A DNA stretch of 64,000 bases from Armatimonadota bacterium. GTDB lineage: Bacteria > Armatimonadota > UBA5829 > DTJY01. Position numbers and translations under genes: made by a program. The notes beneath the pieces were generated by a model, which did no database searches, was not told the DNA's origin, and saw nothing but the letters and a program-made list of their open reading frames with translations. Shown here piece by piece: positions 7,563 to 17,425 of this stretch; position 1 is the stretch's first letter, and each line of letters opens with the position of its first letter. The stretch spans positions 50,960 through 114,959 of the forward strand of contig JAGONM010000007.1 of NCBI GenBank assembly GCA_017993055.1, given 5' to 3'.

Positions 7563-8327
7563 ATGTCCATCCAATCCGCGCCGCAACCCGGATACACGAT
7601 AAAGCTTCCTGCGTTCGAGGGACCCCTCGACCTGCTTCTGCACCTCATCCGCGAGCACAAGGTTGATATCTACGACATCCCGATCGCGGAGGTCACTGAG
7701 CAGTACCTGCGTTACCTGCAACTCATGGAGTCGCTCGATTTGAATGTTGCCGGCGAGTTCTTCGTCATGGCGGCGACTCTGCTGGAGATCAAGTCGCGGC
7801 TGCTGCTGCCGATCGAGAAGAGCGAAGATGATGGCGAGGACGGCATTGACCCGCGTGCCGAGCTGGTCGAGCGACTGTTGGAGTACGAGCGATTCAAGAA
7901 CGCCGCCGAGTCGCTCAAGGGATTCGAGGACAACCGCCGTCAGGTCTACTGGCGCATCACTGACGAACTATCCGGCTACGATGCGCCGGTGATCCCTCTG
8001 AACGTGGAAGCAATGGACCTCATCTATGCGCTCCAGCAGATGCTGGCGGAGGTCGGAGAAGGCAAGGAAGAGGTCACAAGCCTTCAACGCGAGAAGATAA
8101 CTCTGAGGATGAAGATGAGCGAGATCTGGCGGCACGTGCGGGCGAACCCGGAGGGCATCAGCTTCCGAGGACTCTTCGTCTCGCCGCCGACCCGCCTGGA
8201 GGTCGTCATCACCTTCTTGGCGGTGCTCGAACTCCTGCGGCTGAGAAAGATACGCCTGAAGCAGAAGCACGCCCTGGGCGAGATCAGCATCCAACCGACG
8301 CCTGAGGAACATGAGCGAGGAAAGTAG
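7563..8327 (+). CDS. scpA: segregation and condensation protein A
   Basis: FEGPLDLLLHLIREHKVDIYDIPIAEVTEQYL is the ScpA N-terminal signature. It overlaps the start of scpB. Confidence 0.85.
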   Translation: MSIQSAPQPGYTIKLPAFEGPLDLLLHLIREHKVDIYDIPIAEVTEQYLRYLQLMESLDLNVAGEFFVMAATLLEIKSRLLLPIEKSEDDGEDGIDPRAELVERLLEYERFKNAAESLKGFEDNRRQVYWRITDELSGYDAPVIPLNVEAMDLIYALQQMLAEVGEGKEEVTSLQREKITLRMKMSEIWRHVRANPEGISFRGLFVSPPTRLEVVITFLAVLELLRLRKIRLKQKHALGEISIQPTPEEHERGK

Positions 8328-8919
8328 CATACCGATCGAGAAACTGAAGGCCGTGCTGGAGTGCATGCTGTTCGTGTCTCCCCAGCCGCTGACGGTCGAG
8401 CACGTCGCCGAGTCGCTTCAGATGGACGAGGGCACCGTGGACCGGGCAATCCATGAACTGCGCCTCGACTACGGCGGGCGCGGACTGCAGATCGCCCGGA
8501 TCGCAGGCGGCTACCAGATGTGTACACGTCCCGAGTATGCCGAGCACGTGTCCAGGCTGCTGAAGCCGGAGCGAATCAGGCTATCGCGGGCGGCGCTGGA
8601 GACGTCGGCAATAATCGCTTACCGGCAGCCGATAACCCAGCCGGAGATCGAGGCGATCCGCGGCGTCAATTCCGACGGGGTCGTGAAGACCCTGATGGAG
8701 CGCAATCTCATCCGGCAGATCGGCAGGAAGGAGTCACCCGGACGGCCGATGCTCTACTCGACGACCGAGGAGTTCTTGAACCACTTCGGCCTGAGCGATC
8801 TCTCGCAACTGCCCGAACTGGAGGATGTAGTACTGCCTGAACAACCGAGAAGCGAAGACACACCAGCGGAAGCCCCGGAGGCGGAGGAGGCGGCATTATC
8901 AGAACAACCAAGTTGCTGA
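8311..8919 (+). CDS. scpB: segregation and condensation protein B
   Basis: LKAVLECMLFVSPQPLTVEHVA...GYQMCTRPEY...LSRAALETSAIIAYRQPITQPEIEAIRGV shows the tandem winged-helix ScpB pattern. Confidence 0.8.
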   Translation: MSEESSIPIEKLKAVLECMLFVSPQPLTVEHVAESLQMDEGTVDRAIHELRLDYGGRGLQIARIAGGYQMCTRPEYAEHVSRLLKPERIRLSRAALETSAIIAYRQPITQPEIEAIRGVNSDGVVKTLMERNLIRQIGRKESPGRPMLYSTTEEFLNHFGLSDLSQLPELEDVVLPEQPRSEDTPAEAPEAEEAALSEQPSC

Positions 8920-10109
8920 CGATCTGCCTGTTCATGGCGATCCTGCCGCCGACTCGCGCGGCCGCCGCCCCGGCACCCCCGACGGTCACCGCCGCCGCCG
9001 CGATCCTAGTTGACTCGACCACGGGTACGATCCTGTACGAGAAGGCATGTCACGCGCGGCGCCCGCCGGCAAGCACCACCAAGATCATGACGGCAATACT
9101 GGCCCTCGAGCGCGGAAACCTCGACGATGTGGTGACTGCGTCCGAGAGGGCGTCGAAAACTCAGTTCGGCTCACTGCACGTCAAGCCGGGAGAGAAGTTC
9201 ACGCTCAGAGACCTGCTCTACGCGCTGCTGATGCGCTCGGCGAACGATGCCGCAGTCTGCATCGCGGAACATATCGCCGGGAGCGAGGAAGCATTCGTGG
9301 CGATGATGAACGAGAAGGCGGAGGCAATCGGCGCCAAGGATACGCACTTCGTCAACCCGCACGGCCTTCACGCGGAGGGCCACTACTCGACGGCCTACGA
9401 CCTCGCCCTGATGGCGCGATACGCGGCGGCGATCCCGCAGTTCAACGAGATGGTCTGCACGAAGAATCACAGGATCACGCGGTCGATCAGCACGCTCGAC
9501 GTTACCCTGCGGAACACCGGCAGACTGCTCTGGAGATTTGACGGCGCCGACGGGATCAAGACCGGATATACCAAACAGGCGGGCCATTGTTTTGTGGGAT
9601 CGGCAACGAGGGAGGGCTGGCGGCTCATAGCGGTCGTCCTGAAGAGCGGCAGCTGTCTCGATGACACGTGCGCCCTGCTGGACTACGGGTTCAAGCATCA
9701 CAAACTGGTCTGCTTCGCGCGCGAGGGACTGGTGGCGACGCGGATGCCGGTGCGCGGCGGAGTCGAGACCGCCGTGGATCTGGTGGCCGCCCAAAGCCTT
9801 GGAAAGGTCGTCCGGGCAGGCGACAGTGTGAAGATCAAACGCGAACTCGACGGGCAGAGGGCCACGGCCCCTCTCGCGGAAGGCGAGAGGGTCTGCATGC
9901 TGACGGGCTACGTCAACGACGTCCGGGTCGGTTCGGTGCCGCTCGTAGCCGCCTGCACCGTGGATCGGACGTTCGCCTACTCCGCATGGATCTGGACGAG
10001 AAACCTGGTTGTCGTCTCGGCAATACTTCTCGCGGTGTACTTGAGCTATGGAACAGCGGTTGCAGAAGCTTCTCGCCGCCGCAGGCGTCGCCTCTCGACG
10101 GGAGGCTGA
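8913..10109 (+). CDS. D-alanyl-D-alanine carboxypeptidase (S11, PBP5-like)
   Basis: Signal peptide, then STTK (SxxK), SAN (SxN) and KTG motifs, with a C-terminal TM anchor. TTG start. Confidence 0.8.
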   Translation: MLTICLFMAILPPTRAAAAPAPPTVTAAAAILVDSTTGTILYEKACHARRPPASTTKIMTAILALERGNLDDVVTASERASKTQFGSLHVKPGEKFTLRDLLYALLMRSANDAAVCIAEHIAGSEEAFVAMMNEKAEAIGAKDTHFVNPHGLHAEGHYSTAYDLALMARYAAAIPQFNEMVCTKNHRITRSISTLDVTLRNTGRLLWRFDGADGIKTGYTKQAGHCFVGSATREGWRLIAVVLKSGSCLDDTCALLDYGFKHHKLVCFAREGLVATRMPVRGGVETAVDLVAAQSLGKVVRAGDSVKIKRELDGQRATAPLAEGERVCMLTGYVNDVRVGSVPLVAACTVDRTFAYSAWIWTRNLVVVSAILLAVYLSYGTAVAEASRRRRRRLSTGG

Positions 10110-10773
10110 GGAGATTATAGGAGCGGGACGCGTCGCGGTGGACGGCCGGGTGATCACCGAACTCGGAGCCAAGGCCGATCCTGAGGAGTCGGTCATCACC
10201 GTTGACGGTAGGCCCGTCAACCTGCGCCCGGAGAAGGTCTACATCCTCCTCAACAAGCCGCGCGGCTATACGAGCACGACCCGCGACCCGCACGCCCGAC
10301 ACGTGGTGACTGATCTCGTCAGGAGCATCGAAACCCCGATCTACCCGGTCGGCCGTCTCGACGTGGACACCGAGGGTCTGCTCATCCTCACGAACGACGG
10401 GGATTTCACCTATAAGATGACCCATCCGAGCCATCAAGTGCCGAAGACATACCGCGCCGAGGTGCGGGGCCTAGTGGCCGAGCAGACCGCCAACCACCTC
10501 GCAACCGGAATCGTGCTCGATGACGGCATCACCGCGCCAGCGGAAGTGCGAATCGTCAGCGCGAACAACGTGAAGGGGACGAGCGTGATCGAGGTGACGA
10601 TCCACGAGGGCCGGAAGCGTCAGGTGCGCCGGATGCTCGACACAGTCGGCCATCCCGTGATACGATTGACCAGGACGAAGATCGGCGAACTGAAGGCCGG
10701 AAGTCTTCTGCCGGGCGAATGGCGTCTGCTGAAGCCCGCCGAGGTCAGGGCGCTGACGGACTCGGCATCGTAG
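10048..10773 (+). CDS. rluB: pseudouridine synthase, RsuA/RluB family
   Basis: S4 domain (RLQKLLAAAGVASRREAEEII.AGRVAVDG) plus the catalytic motif GRLDVDTEGLLILTNDG. Confidence 0.8.
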   Translation: MEQRLQKLLAAAGVASRREAEEIIGAGRVAVDGRVITELGAKADPEESVITVDGRPVNLRPEKVYILLNKPRGYTSTTRDPHARHVVTDLVRSIETPIYPVGRLDVDTEGLLILTNDGDFTYKMTHPSHQVPKTYRAEVRGLVAEQTANHLATGIVLDDGITAPAEVRIVSANNVKGTSVIEVTIHEGRKRQVRRMLDTVGHPVIRLTRTKIGELKAGSLLPGEWRLLKPAEVRALTDSAS

Positions 10774-10801
10774 TCTACAACGGACGGTCTCGGAGACCCT
10801 G

Positions 10802-11680
10802 ATGAAACGACTGGCTATCACACTGCTGGCCCTGCTCGTGCTCCCCTGCGCCGCCGGGGTGGCGAAGTACCCGACGACTATCAAGGACTGCCGGGGCAAG
10901 GCGGTCAATATCGTCCGCGAGCCGAAGCGGATCGTGTCAATCGCACCGAGTTGCACGGAGATTCTCTTCGCACTCGGCCTTGAGAAACGGGTTGTGGGTG
11001 TGACTAGGTTCTGCAACTACCCCGAGGCCGCGAGGAAGAAGCCGCGGATCGGCGACATCAGGACGAGCGTCGAGAAGGTAATCTCGCTCAAGCCGGACCT
11101 CGTGCTGGCCCACGGATTTCTGAACGAGGAGGCGATCCGCTCGCTCGAGAAGCACGGCATCGTGGTGGCGGCCTTCGATCCCAAGACCCTCGACGAGGCA
11201 ATGCGCGACATCAGGACCATCGGCCTCATCACCAATCGGGAGAAGCAGGCGTCACGGATCGTCACGAGTATGAAATCCACGATAGCGCTGGTCAAGAAGA
11301 AGGCGGCAGTTATCAAGTCCAGGCCTAAGGTACTCGTAGCGGTACAGGGGGAGCCTCTGTGGGCGGCGGGACCGAGAACCTTCGTGGACGAGATGGTCCG
11401 TCTGGCGGGCGGGACCAACCTGGCATCGGACGCCAAGCCAGGCTTCAACCAGTTCTCCACCGAGGCCGCGGTCTGGCGCAAGCCGGACATCGTAATCTAC
11501 ACAACGCCGACCGACCGACAGATCTTCTCCAAGGGGCTGTGGGCAAGGACGAACGCGGCCAGGAAGAAGCGGGTTCACGAGGTCAACCCGGACCTTCTGG
11601 TCAGACCGGGCCCGCGACTCACTGACGGCCTGAAGGCTGTCGCAAGGCTGATCCATCCCGATGTATTCGCCAAACTCTGA
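10802..11680 (+). CDS. ABC importer substrate-binding protein (BtuF/FhuD-like, cluster A-II)
   Basis: Signal peptide, RIVSIAPSCTEILFALGL and KPDLVLAHG, typical of cobalamin/siderophore-type binding proteins. Confidence 0.7.
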   Translation: MKRLAITLLALLVLPCAAGVAKYPTTIKDCRGKAVNIVREPKRIVSIAPSCTEILFALGLEKRVVGVTRFCNYPEAARKKPRIGDIRTSVEKVISLKPDLVLAHGFLNEEAIRSLEKHGIVVAAFDPKTLDEAMRDIRTIGLITNREKQASRIVTSMKSTIALVKKKAAVIKSRPKVLVAVQGEPLWAAGPRTFVDEMVRLAGGTNLASDAKPGFNQFSTEAAVWRKPDIVIYTTPTDRQIFSKGLWARTNAARKKRVHEVNPDLLVRPGPRLTDGLKAVARLIHPDVFAKL

Positions 11681-12734
11681 GACGCCGCCCAACCCTCGGG
11701 TCAGATCGAACCTGACCGCAAGGCTGATCAGAGCATCGGCGGTTCTGACGGCACTGCTCGTCGCCGCCATGGTGCTGAGCGCCGGTCTGGGCGCGGTGAC
11801 GGTGACCATCTCGGATGTGGCGCAGGTCACGCTCAAGCACATCCCCGGCCTGGACGGCATGTGCCGGCAGTCGCTCCCCGAGGACGTGGATATGATCGTG
11901 TGGCAGCTCCATATCCCGAGGGTGCTGCTGGCGGCGCTCGTTGGGATGTCACTAGCGGTAGCGGGAGCTGCCCTCCAGGGATTGCTGCTGAATCCGCTGG
12001 CCGATCCGTACATGATCGGCGTCTCGTCCGGAGCGGCGGTCGGTGCGGGAATCGGCGTGATCCTGGGGGTTCAGGGCTGGATGTTGGGATTCGGCATCCC
12101 GGTACTGGCGTTCGCCTTCGCGCTGATCACAGTGAGCGCCGTGTACGGCCTTGCGATGAGGGCGGGGAAGGTATCGGTGCTCTCATTCCTGCTGTCGGGA
12201 GTGGTGGTCGGTGCGTTCATGTGGGCGGTACTTACCTTCCTGATGACATTCGCCAGCGAGAACCTCGAGACGATCGTATTCTGGACGATGGGCAGCTTCG
12301 CGGGATCGGATCCGTGGGGGCGAGTGCTGGTCGTGCTGCCTTTTGGGCTAGTCGGATCGCTTGTCGTGTACGCCTACGCACGCGACCTGAACCTCTTCGC
12401 TCTGGGAGAGGAGTCGGCAAGGCACCTGGGGATCGAGACCGAATCGCTCAAGAGAAGGCTGATCGCGGCGACGGCGCTCCTTACGGCTGCGGCGGTGTCG
12501 GTGAGCGGCACTATAGGCTTCGTCGGGCTGATGGTGCCGCACATCACGCGCAGGATAGTGGGACCAGACCACCGAATACTGCTCCCGTGCTCCGGCCTTC
12601 TGGGCGCACTGCTCATGATCGCGGCAGACACGGTGGCTCGGACGGCGATGGCTCCGGGGGAGATCCCGGTCGGAATCATCACCGCCCTTCTGGGCGCGCC
12701 GTTTTTCCTTTACCTCCTGAGGAAGGCAGGATAG
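11661..12734 (+). CDS. FecCD/BtuC-family ABC importer permease
   Basis: About 9-10 TM segments. GAALQGLLLNPLADPYMIGVSSGAA and the C-terminal ITALLGAPFFLYLL are typical of the FecCD family. Confidence 0.85.
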   Translation: MYSPNSETPPNPRVRSNLTARLIRASAVLTALLVAAMVLSAGLGAVTVTISDVAQVTLKHIPGLDGMCRQSLPEDVDMIVWQLHIPRVLLAALVGMSLAVAGAALQGLLLNPLADPYMIGVSSGAAVGAGIGVILGVQGWMLGFGIPVLAFAFALITVSAVYGLAMRAGKVSVLSFLLSGVVVGAFMWAVLTFLMTFASENLETIVFWTMGSFAGSDPWGRVLVVLPFGLVGSLVVYAYARDLNLFALGEESARHLGIETESLKRRLIAATALLTAAAVSVSGTIGFVGLMVPHITRRIVGPDHRILLPCSGLLGALLMIAADTVARTAMAPGEIPVGIITALLGAPFFLYLLRKAG

Positions 12735-12782
12735 CTTCGGGCCGGTCGGACGATTCGTACCTGTCCGATTCTCGACTTCGGA

Positions 12783-14216
12783 TTGGATATGCGAAAACCG
12801 ACAAACTGGATAGCCGCCATACTGATCATCGCCGCCGTCGTATACCTGCTGATGCCGAGACCGCCTTCCGTGCAGGTCGCAGAGATCGTGCGCGGAGACC
12901 TGGTGGCCGAACTCTCGACTACCGGCGTAGTGGAGTCGGACCTGGTGGATATCGCGCCGAGGATGGTCGGGCGGATAGTTTCTCTCATGGTCAGGGAGGG
13001 AGACACCGTTTCGGCCGGTCAGGTGATCGCGCGGCTCGAGAGCGACGACCTCGACGCGCAGGTTGACCAAGCGCGCGCCGCGGTATCGGCAACAGAGGCC
13101 GACCTCGAACGCTCAAGGTCCGCTTTATCCGCCCAGCGCAACCAGAGTGCCGCTTCAATTAAGCGGGCAGAGGCCGGAATCAGCACCGCCGAGTCACAGC
13201 TTGCCGACCTACTGAAGGGCGCGCGCCCCCAGGAGATCGAGCAGGCGGAGGAGAGTGCCGCTGCGGCGAGAGCACAGATGGCCAAGGCCGGTCTGGACCT
13301 GGAACGCGCAGACAGACTGCTGTCTGATGGAGCCATTGCCCCTCAGCAGAGAGACACGGCAAAGACCGCTGCCGATACGGCGAGCGCCGCCTACCGCGCC
13401 GCCGAAGCGCAGCTCGCACTGGTGAAAGAAGGACCCCGGCCCGATACCGTCAAGACGGCAGAGGCTCAGGTGGCATCCGCGCGGGCCGCTCTGCGCGAAG
13501 CTGAAGCTTCGCGGGACTTAGTGCGGATGGCAGAGCGACAGGTGGAGACCGCCGAAGCGCAGGTCGCCCGAGCAGCGGCCGGACTGAGGGCCGCTCAGTC
13601 GCAGACCGAGTACGCCGCCGTCCGCAGCCCGTTCAACGGGGTGATCGCGCGAAAGCACATGGAGGCGGGCGAGGTCGCAGGCCCGCAGGCACCGATCTTC
13701 ACTATCTCGCCGATCCGAAAGACCTGGGTTACGGCAGAGGTGGACCAGGAGGACGTCGCGGCGTTGTTTGTCGGACAGGCAGTGTCGATCAGCACCGACT
13801 CATACCCGGGGCGCGCCGCGAAGGGCCGAGTCGTCCAGATCTCGCCGATCGCGGAACCGAAGGCCGTCGGGCGTATCAGGGCCAAGATCGTGCGGGCACG
13901 GATCGAGGTCGAGTCAGGAGAGTTGCCGCTGAGACCCGGAATGGAGGTTGATATCAGCGGCAAGAGGCGCATTGGAGAGGACGTCGTTCTAGTGCCGAAC
14001 GAGGCGCTCGTGCAGATCGGCGAGCGTCAGCAGGTCTGCCGCATATGCGAGGGGCGCGTCCGATACCGCTTCGTCACGACAGGCCTATCGAACTACGAGC
14101 ACACGGTTGTGCTGAGCGGCCTCGAGCCGGGAGACATCGTAACCGTCTCGATGCCCGACCGCATGGAGAACGGGCAGAGGGTCAGGATCGAGAGGGCCTC
14201 GGTTGAGTCACCCTGA
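12783..14216 (+). CDS. HlyD/MacA-type periplasmic adaptor subunit
   Basis: N-terminal TM, lipoyl-like GDTVSAGQVIARLE, a long Ala/Gln/Glu coiled coil and SPFNGVIARKHMEAGE. The start could be TTG 12783 or ATG 12789. Confidence 0.8.
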   Translation: MDMRKPTNWIAAILIIAAVVYLLMPRPPSVQVAEIVRGDLVAELSTTGVVESDLVDIAPRMVGRIVSLMVREGDTVSAGQVIARLESDDLDAQVDQARAAVSATEADLERSRSALSAQRNQSAASIKRAEAGISTAESQLADLLKGARPQEIEQAEESAAAARAQMAKAGLDLERADRLLSDGAIAPQQRDTAKTAADTASAAYRAAEAQLALVKEGPRPDTVKTAEAQVASARAALREAEASRDLVRMAERQVETAEAQVARAAAGLRAAQSQTEYAAVRSPFNGVIARKHMEAGEVAGPQAPIFTISPIRKTWVTAEVDQEDVAALFVGQAVSISTDSYPGRAAKGRVVQISPIAEPKAVGRIRAKIVRARIEVESGELPLRPGMEVDISGKRRIGEDVVLVPNEALVQIGERQQVCRICEGRVRYRFVTTGLSNYEHTVVLSGLEPGDIVTVSMPDRMENGQRVRIERASVESP

Positions 14217-14922
14217 ATCCTCTGAGTTGATCCGTCTTGATCAGGCAGAGAAGACCTACCTCATGGGCGCGGTGTCGGTGCCGGCCCTACACCCCGCCGA
14301 CCTCACCGTACGACGCGGGGAGTTCGTCGTGATGTTGGGCCCGAGCGGCTCGGGCAAGACGACGCTACTGAACCTGATCGGTGGCATTGACCGCCCCACG
14401 TCCGGTCGGGTCCTCTTCAAGGGACGCGACATTACCCACATGAGCGAGGACGAGATCACCGAGTACCGCCGCACGAGCGTGGGCTTCGTCTTTCAGTTCT
14501 TCAACCTGATTTCGACCCTCACCGCGCGGGAGAACGTCGAGTTCGTCTCGGAGTTGGTCGACAGTCCGGCCAACGTGATGGAGGTGCTGGCGGAAGTCGG
14601 CCTCGGAGAGCGAGGTGACCACTTCCCGTCCGAGCTGTCCGGCGGCGAACAGCAGAGGGTCGCGATCGCCCGGGCTCTCGTGAAGAATCCCACCCTGCTT
14701 CTTGCCGACGAGCCTACCGGCAACCTCGACTACGAGACCGCCAAGCTGATTCTGAAGCTGATGAGGAATGTGAATCGGGCGAGGGGCATCACGGTCGTGC
14801 TGGTGACGCACAACGCGGCGATCGGCGAAGTCGCCGACCGGATTGTAAAGCTTCACAGCGGCGAGATCGTCTCCGTCGAGGAGAACGCCGAGCCGCTCGA
14901 TCCCGGGGACCTGAGGTGGTAA
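14203..14922 (+). CDS. ABC transporter ATP-binding protein (MacB/LolD type)
   Basis: Walker [10 protein letters not shown], signature [15 protein letters not shown] and Walker [13 protein letters not shown]. Confidence 0.9.
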   Translation: MSHPESSELIRLDQAEKTYLMGAVSVPALHPADLTVRRGEFVVMLGPSGSGKTTLLNLIGGIDRPTSGRVLFKGRDITHMSEDEITEYRRTSVGFVFQFFNLISTLTARENVEFVSELVDSPANVMEVLAEVGLGERGDHFPSELSGGEQQRVAIARALVKNPTLLLADEPTGNLDYETAKLILKLMRNVNRARGITVVLVTHNAAIGEVADRIVKLHSGEIVSVEENAEPLDPGDLRW

Positions 14923-14932
14923 GCTTCCGATC

Positions 14933-17416
14933 ATGACCCGAAAGATCAACCTCAAACTGGTACGCGATGTCCGTTTCTCGCCGTGGCTTTTCGCGGGCGT
15001 GCTTCTGATGGTTGCGTCGGGGGTCGCGCTCTGGGACGCCACCTACCTCTCGTACCTCAACCTCGGCAAGTCGTATGAGCGCTCCTATGAGCGGCTCCAC
15101 ATGGCAGACTTCACTGTTGACATGCAGTCGGCCCCGGAGCAGGTCGTCGGCCGCGTGCTTCGCATCCCCGGCGTAATGCAGACCGAGGGACGGTACATCG
15201 AGGACCTGGAGGTCGAGCAGAAGAACATCGATCCGAAGCGCATCACCGGGCGGATCACCTCGATCCCAGACAAGAAGCCGCCCAGTCTGAACCAACTCCT
15301 GCTCATCCGCGGCAACATGCCATCGGCCGGGAACAAGCGTGAGCTCCTGCTGGAATCCGGGTTCGCCAAGCGAAACAACTACCGGCCCGGCGACTTCATC
15401 TACCCCGTGGTCAACGGCGACCAGGTACGGTTCCGCATCTCGGGGATCATCAAGTCGCCGGAGTACATTTTGGTCCTGCGAAGCCGCGACCAGCCGATGC
15501 CGAACCCGAAGCACTTCTGCGTCATGTTCATGCGCAAGGAGATGGCCGACCGGCTGCTCGGCTCGTTCGGGGCGATCAACCAGGTCCAGGTTACCGTCAA
15601 GCCCGGCGCGCGCCGGGAGACAGTCATGCGGGCCGTAAGGGAGGCACTTCGCTCATACAACGCGGACGATCCGCTTCCGATGGAGAAGCAGGCCGGCTAC
15701 GAGCGACTCGCCATAGACCTCAAGGCTATGCGCAACTTGGCGATCTTCTTCCCGGTGCTCTTCCTCGGCATCGCATCCCTGAGCATCTACAACCTGCTCG
15801 GGCGCATGGTTCACACCCAGCGGCCGCAGATCGGCTTCATGCGGGCGGTCGGTTACAGCAGCACCGACGTGCTGCATCACTACACGGGGTTTGCCGTCCT
15901 GATCGGCGTGCTCGGATCGGCGATAGGCAGCCTGCTCGGCTACCGGATGGGCATCGGACTCACGCTGCTCTTCAGCCGCCTGATCAACGTCCCCTACTAC
16001 GACATGACCCCGAGGCCCGGCCCGATGGCCCTCGGGGTGGGAGTCGCGGTGGCCGCGACATTCCTTGCGGGAATACTTCCGGCGATGGCGGCGGCACAGC
16101 TTACTCCCGCGGAGGCGATCCGCACCGACGTCCCTACCGGCGGACGCGTTCCGGCCGTCAAGCGGGCGGTCCCGGCGCTGGGCCGGATGAGCTACACCTG
16201 GCGGCTGCCGTTCAGAAACCTATTCCGCAGCCCCAAGCGCACGTTCTCGACGGTCATCGGGATTGCGTCGGCGATTACCCTGATCCTGGTCTCCTCCGGG
16301 CTGATCGATTCGTCTGCATATTCGATCCGTTTCTACTTCGACAAGATTCAGCGATACGATGTGCTGGCGAGCTTCCTGCATCCCGAGACCGAGCACGTCA
16401 TCGGCCGCGTGCGCACATGGAAGGGCGTCAAGCGAGCCGAGCCATTCCTGGAAGTTCCGGTGAAGATCGTCCACGATGGCCAAGAGCATATCACCGTAAT
16501 CTACGGAAATGCACTCGACTGCCGATTGCTGAACCTCACAGCCCCCGACGGCACCGTTTTCCCGGTGCCTCGCAAGGGAATAGCAATGGGCTCACCGACC
16601 ATCGCCGCGCTCGGGCTCTCGCTGGGACAGAGCGTCACGCTCACGCTCCCGGAGAGTATCGTGCCGGAGTTGGCGGATGCCCCGATTGTGGGAGGCGACT
16701 CCAGTCGGTACCGTGAGGAGGTCATGTTGCCAAGCCGGAGCCTGCAGCAGGTCGAGATCAACGAGCGGGTGCCGATCGCCTGCGCGCTCTTCGGACCGAT
16801 CGGGGACTCCACGATCATGAACATCGACGAGGTGCGCCGAATCTACGGACGGGCAATGGAACTCCCGCCAAATGCGATTAACGGCATCATGGTGCGAACC
16901 GACGGCGTACACGCCGAGGCCATAAGGGACCGCCTATACGACATTCCCGGGGTCGTAGTGGTGGTCAACATGGCTGACGTCAGGGTGCAGATCGACGAGA
17001 TGCTCAAGACGTTCACTACCTTCGTGAACGTGATGCTCGGGTTCGCGATGGTGCTGGCGATCATCATCGTCTTCAACGCAACGACGATGAACATCCTCGA
17101 GCGGACGAGGGAGATCGCCTCGATGCGCGCGCTCGGCGTGAGCGTCTGGAGAGTAGCGGGGATGGTAACGATCGAGAACCTCTGCACGTGGTTAGCCGGC
17201 ACGATCATCGGCCTTCCGATCGGGATGTGGCTTGCGGACGAGTTCGTGAAGCTCTACGTCAGCGATTCGTTCCACATGCAGACGCATATACTGCCCAAGA
17301 CCTACACGTGGACGATCGTCGGCATACTCGCGGCGGTCCTGATCTCCCAGATTCCTGGAATCTACTACCTCAGCCGCCTCGACCTCGCGAAGGCGACGAA
17401 GGAAGTCAGCGGATAG
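14933..17416 (+). CDS. ABC transporter permease with two FtsX-type domains
   Basis: Two 4-TM FtsX bundles (around residues 270-400 and 690-820), each preceded by a large extracytoplasmic domain. Follows the adaptor and ATPase genes. Confidence 0.85.
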   Translation: MTRKINLKLVRDVRFSPWLFAGVLLMVASGVALWDATYLSYLNLGKSYERSYERLHMADFTVDMQSAPEQVVGRVLRIPGVMQTEGRYIEDLEVEQKNIDPKRITGRITSIPDKKPPSLNQLLLIRGNMPSAGNKRELLLESGFAKRNNYRPGDFIYPVVNGDQVRFRISGIIKSPEYILVLRSRDQPMPNPKHFCVMFMRKEMADRLLGSFGAINQVQVTVKPGARRETVMRAVREALRSYNADDPLPMEKQAGYERLAIDLKAMRNLAIFFPVLFLGIASLSIYNLLGRMVHTQRPQIGFMRAVGYSSTDVLHHYTGFAVLIGVLGSAIGSLLGYRMGIGLTLLFSRLINVPYYDMTPRPGPMALGVGVAVAATFLAGILPAMAAAQLTPAEAIRTDVPTGGRVPAVKRAVPALGRMSYTWRLPFRNLFRSPKRTFSTVIGIASAITLILVSSGLIDSSAYSIRFYFDKIQRYDVLASFLHPETEHVIGRVRTWKGVKRAEPFLEVPVKIVHDGQEHITVIYGNALDCRLLNLTAPDGTVFPVPRKGIAMGSPTIAALGLSLGQSVTLTLPESIVPELADAPIVGGDSSRYREEVMLPSRSLQQVEINERVPIACALFGPIGDSTIMNIDEVRRIYGRAMELPPNAINGIMVRTDGVHAEAIRDRLYDIPGVVVVVNMADVRVQIDEMLKTFTTFVNVMLGFAMVLAIIIVFNATTMNILERTREIASMRALGVSVWRVAGMVTIENLCTWLAGTIIGLPIGMWLADEFVKLYVSDSFHMQTHILPKTYTWTIVGILAAVLISQIPGIYYLSRLDLAKATKEVSG

Positions 17417-17425
17417 GGCCCGAGG

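Noticed and set aside
10048-10109. 62-nt overlap between the carboxypeptidase and pseudouridine synthase genes as a sign of frameshift or misassembly
   Set aside because: Both reading frames look complete: a TM anchor plus basic tail for the carboxypeptidase, and an intact S4 domain from ATG 10048 for the synthase. Overlaps are common in this compact region, so I treat it as genuine or as a minor start-site ambiguity.
10774-10801. Cobalamin riboswitch upstream of the BtuF-like binding protein
   Set aside because: The intergenic gap is only 28 nt, far too short for a B12 riboswitch. It contains only a small ggtctc/gagacc palindrome.
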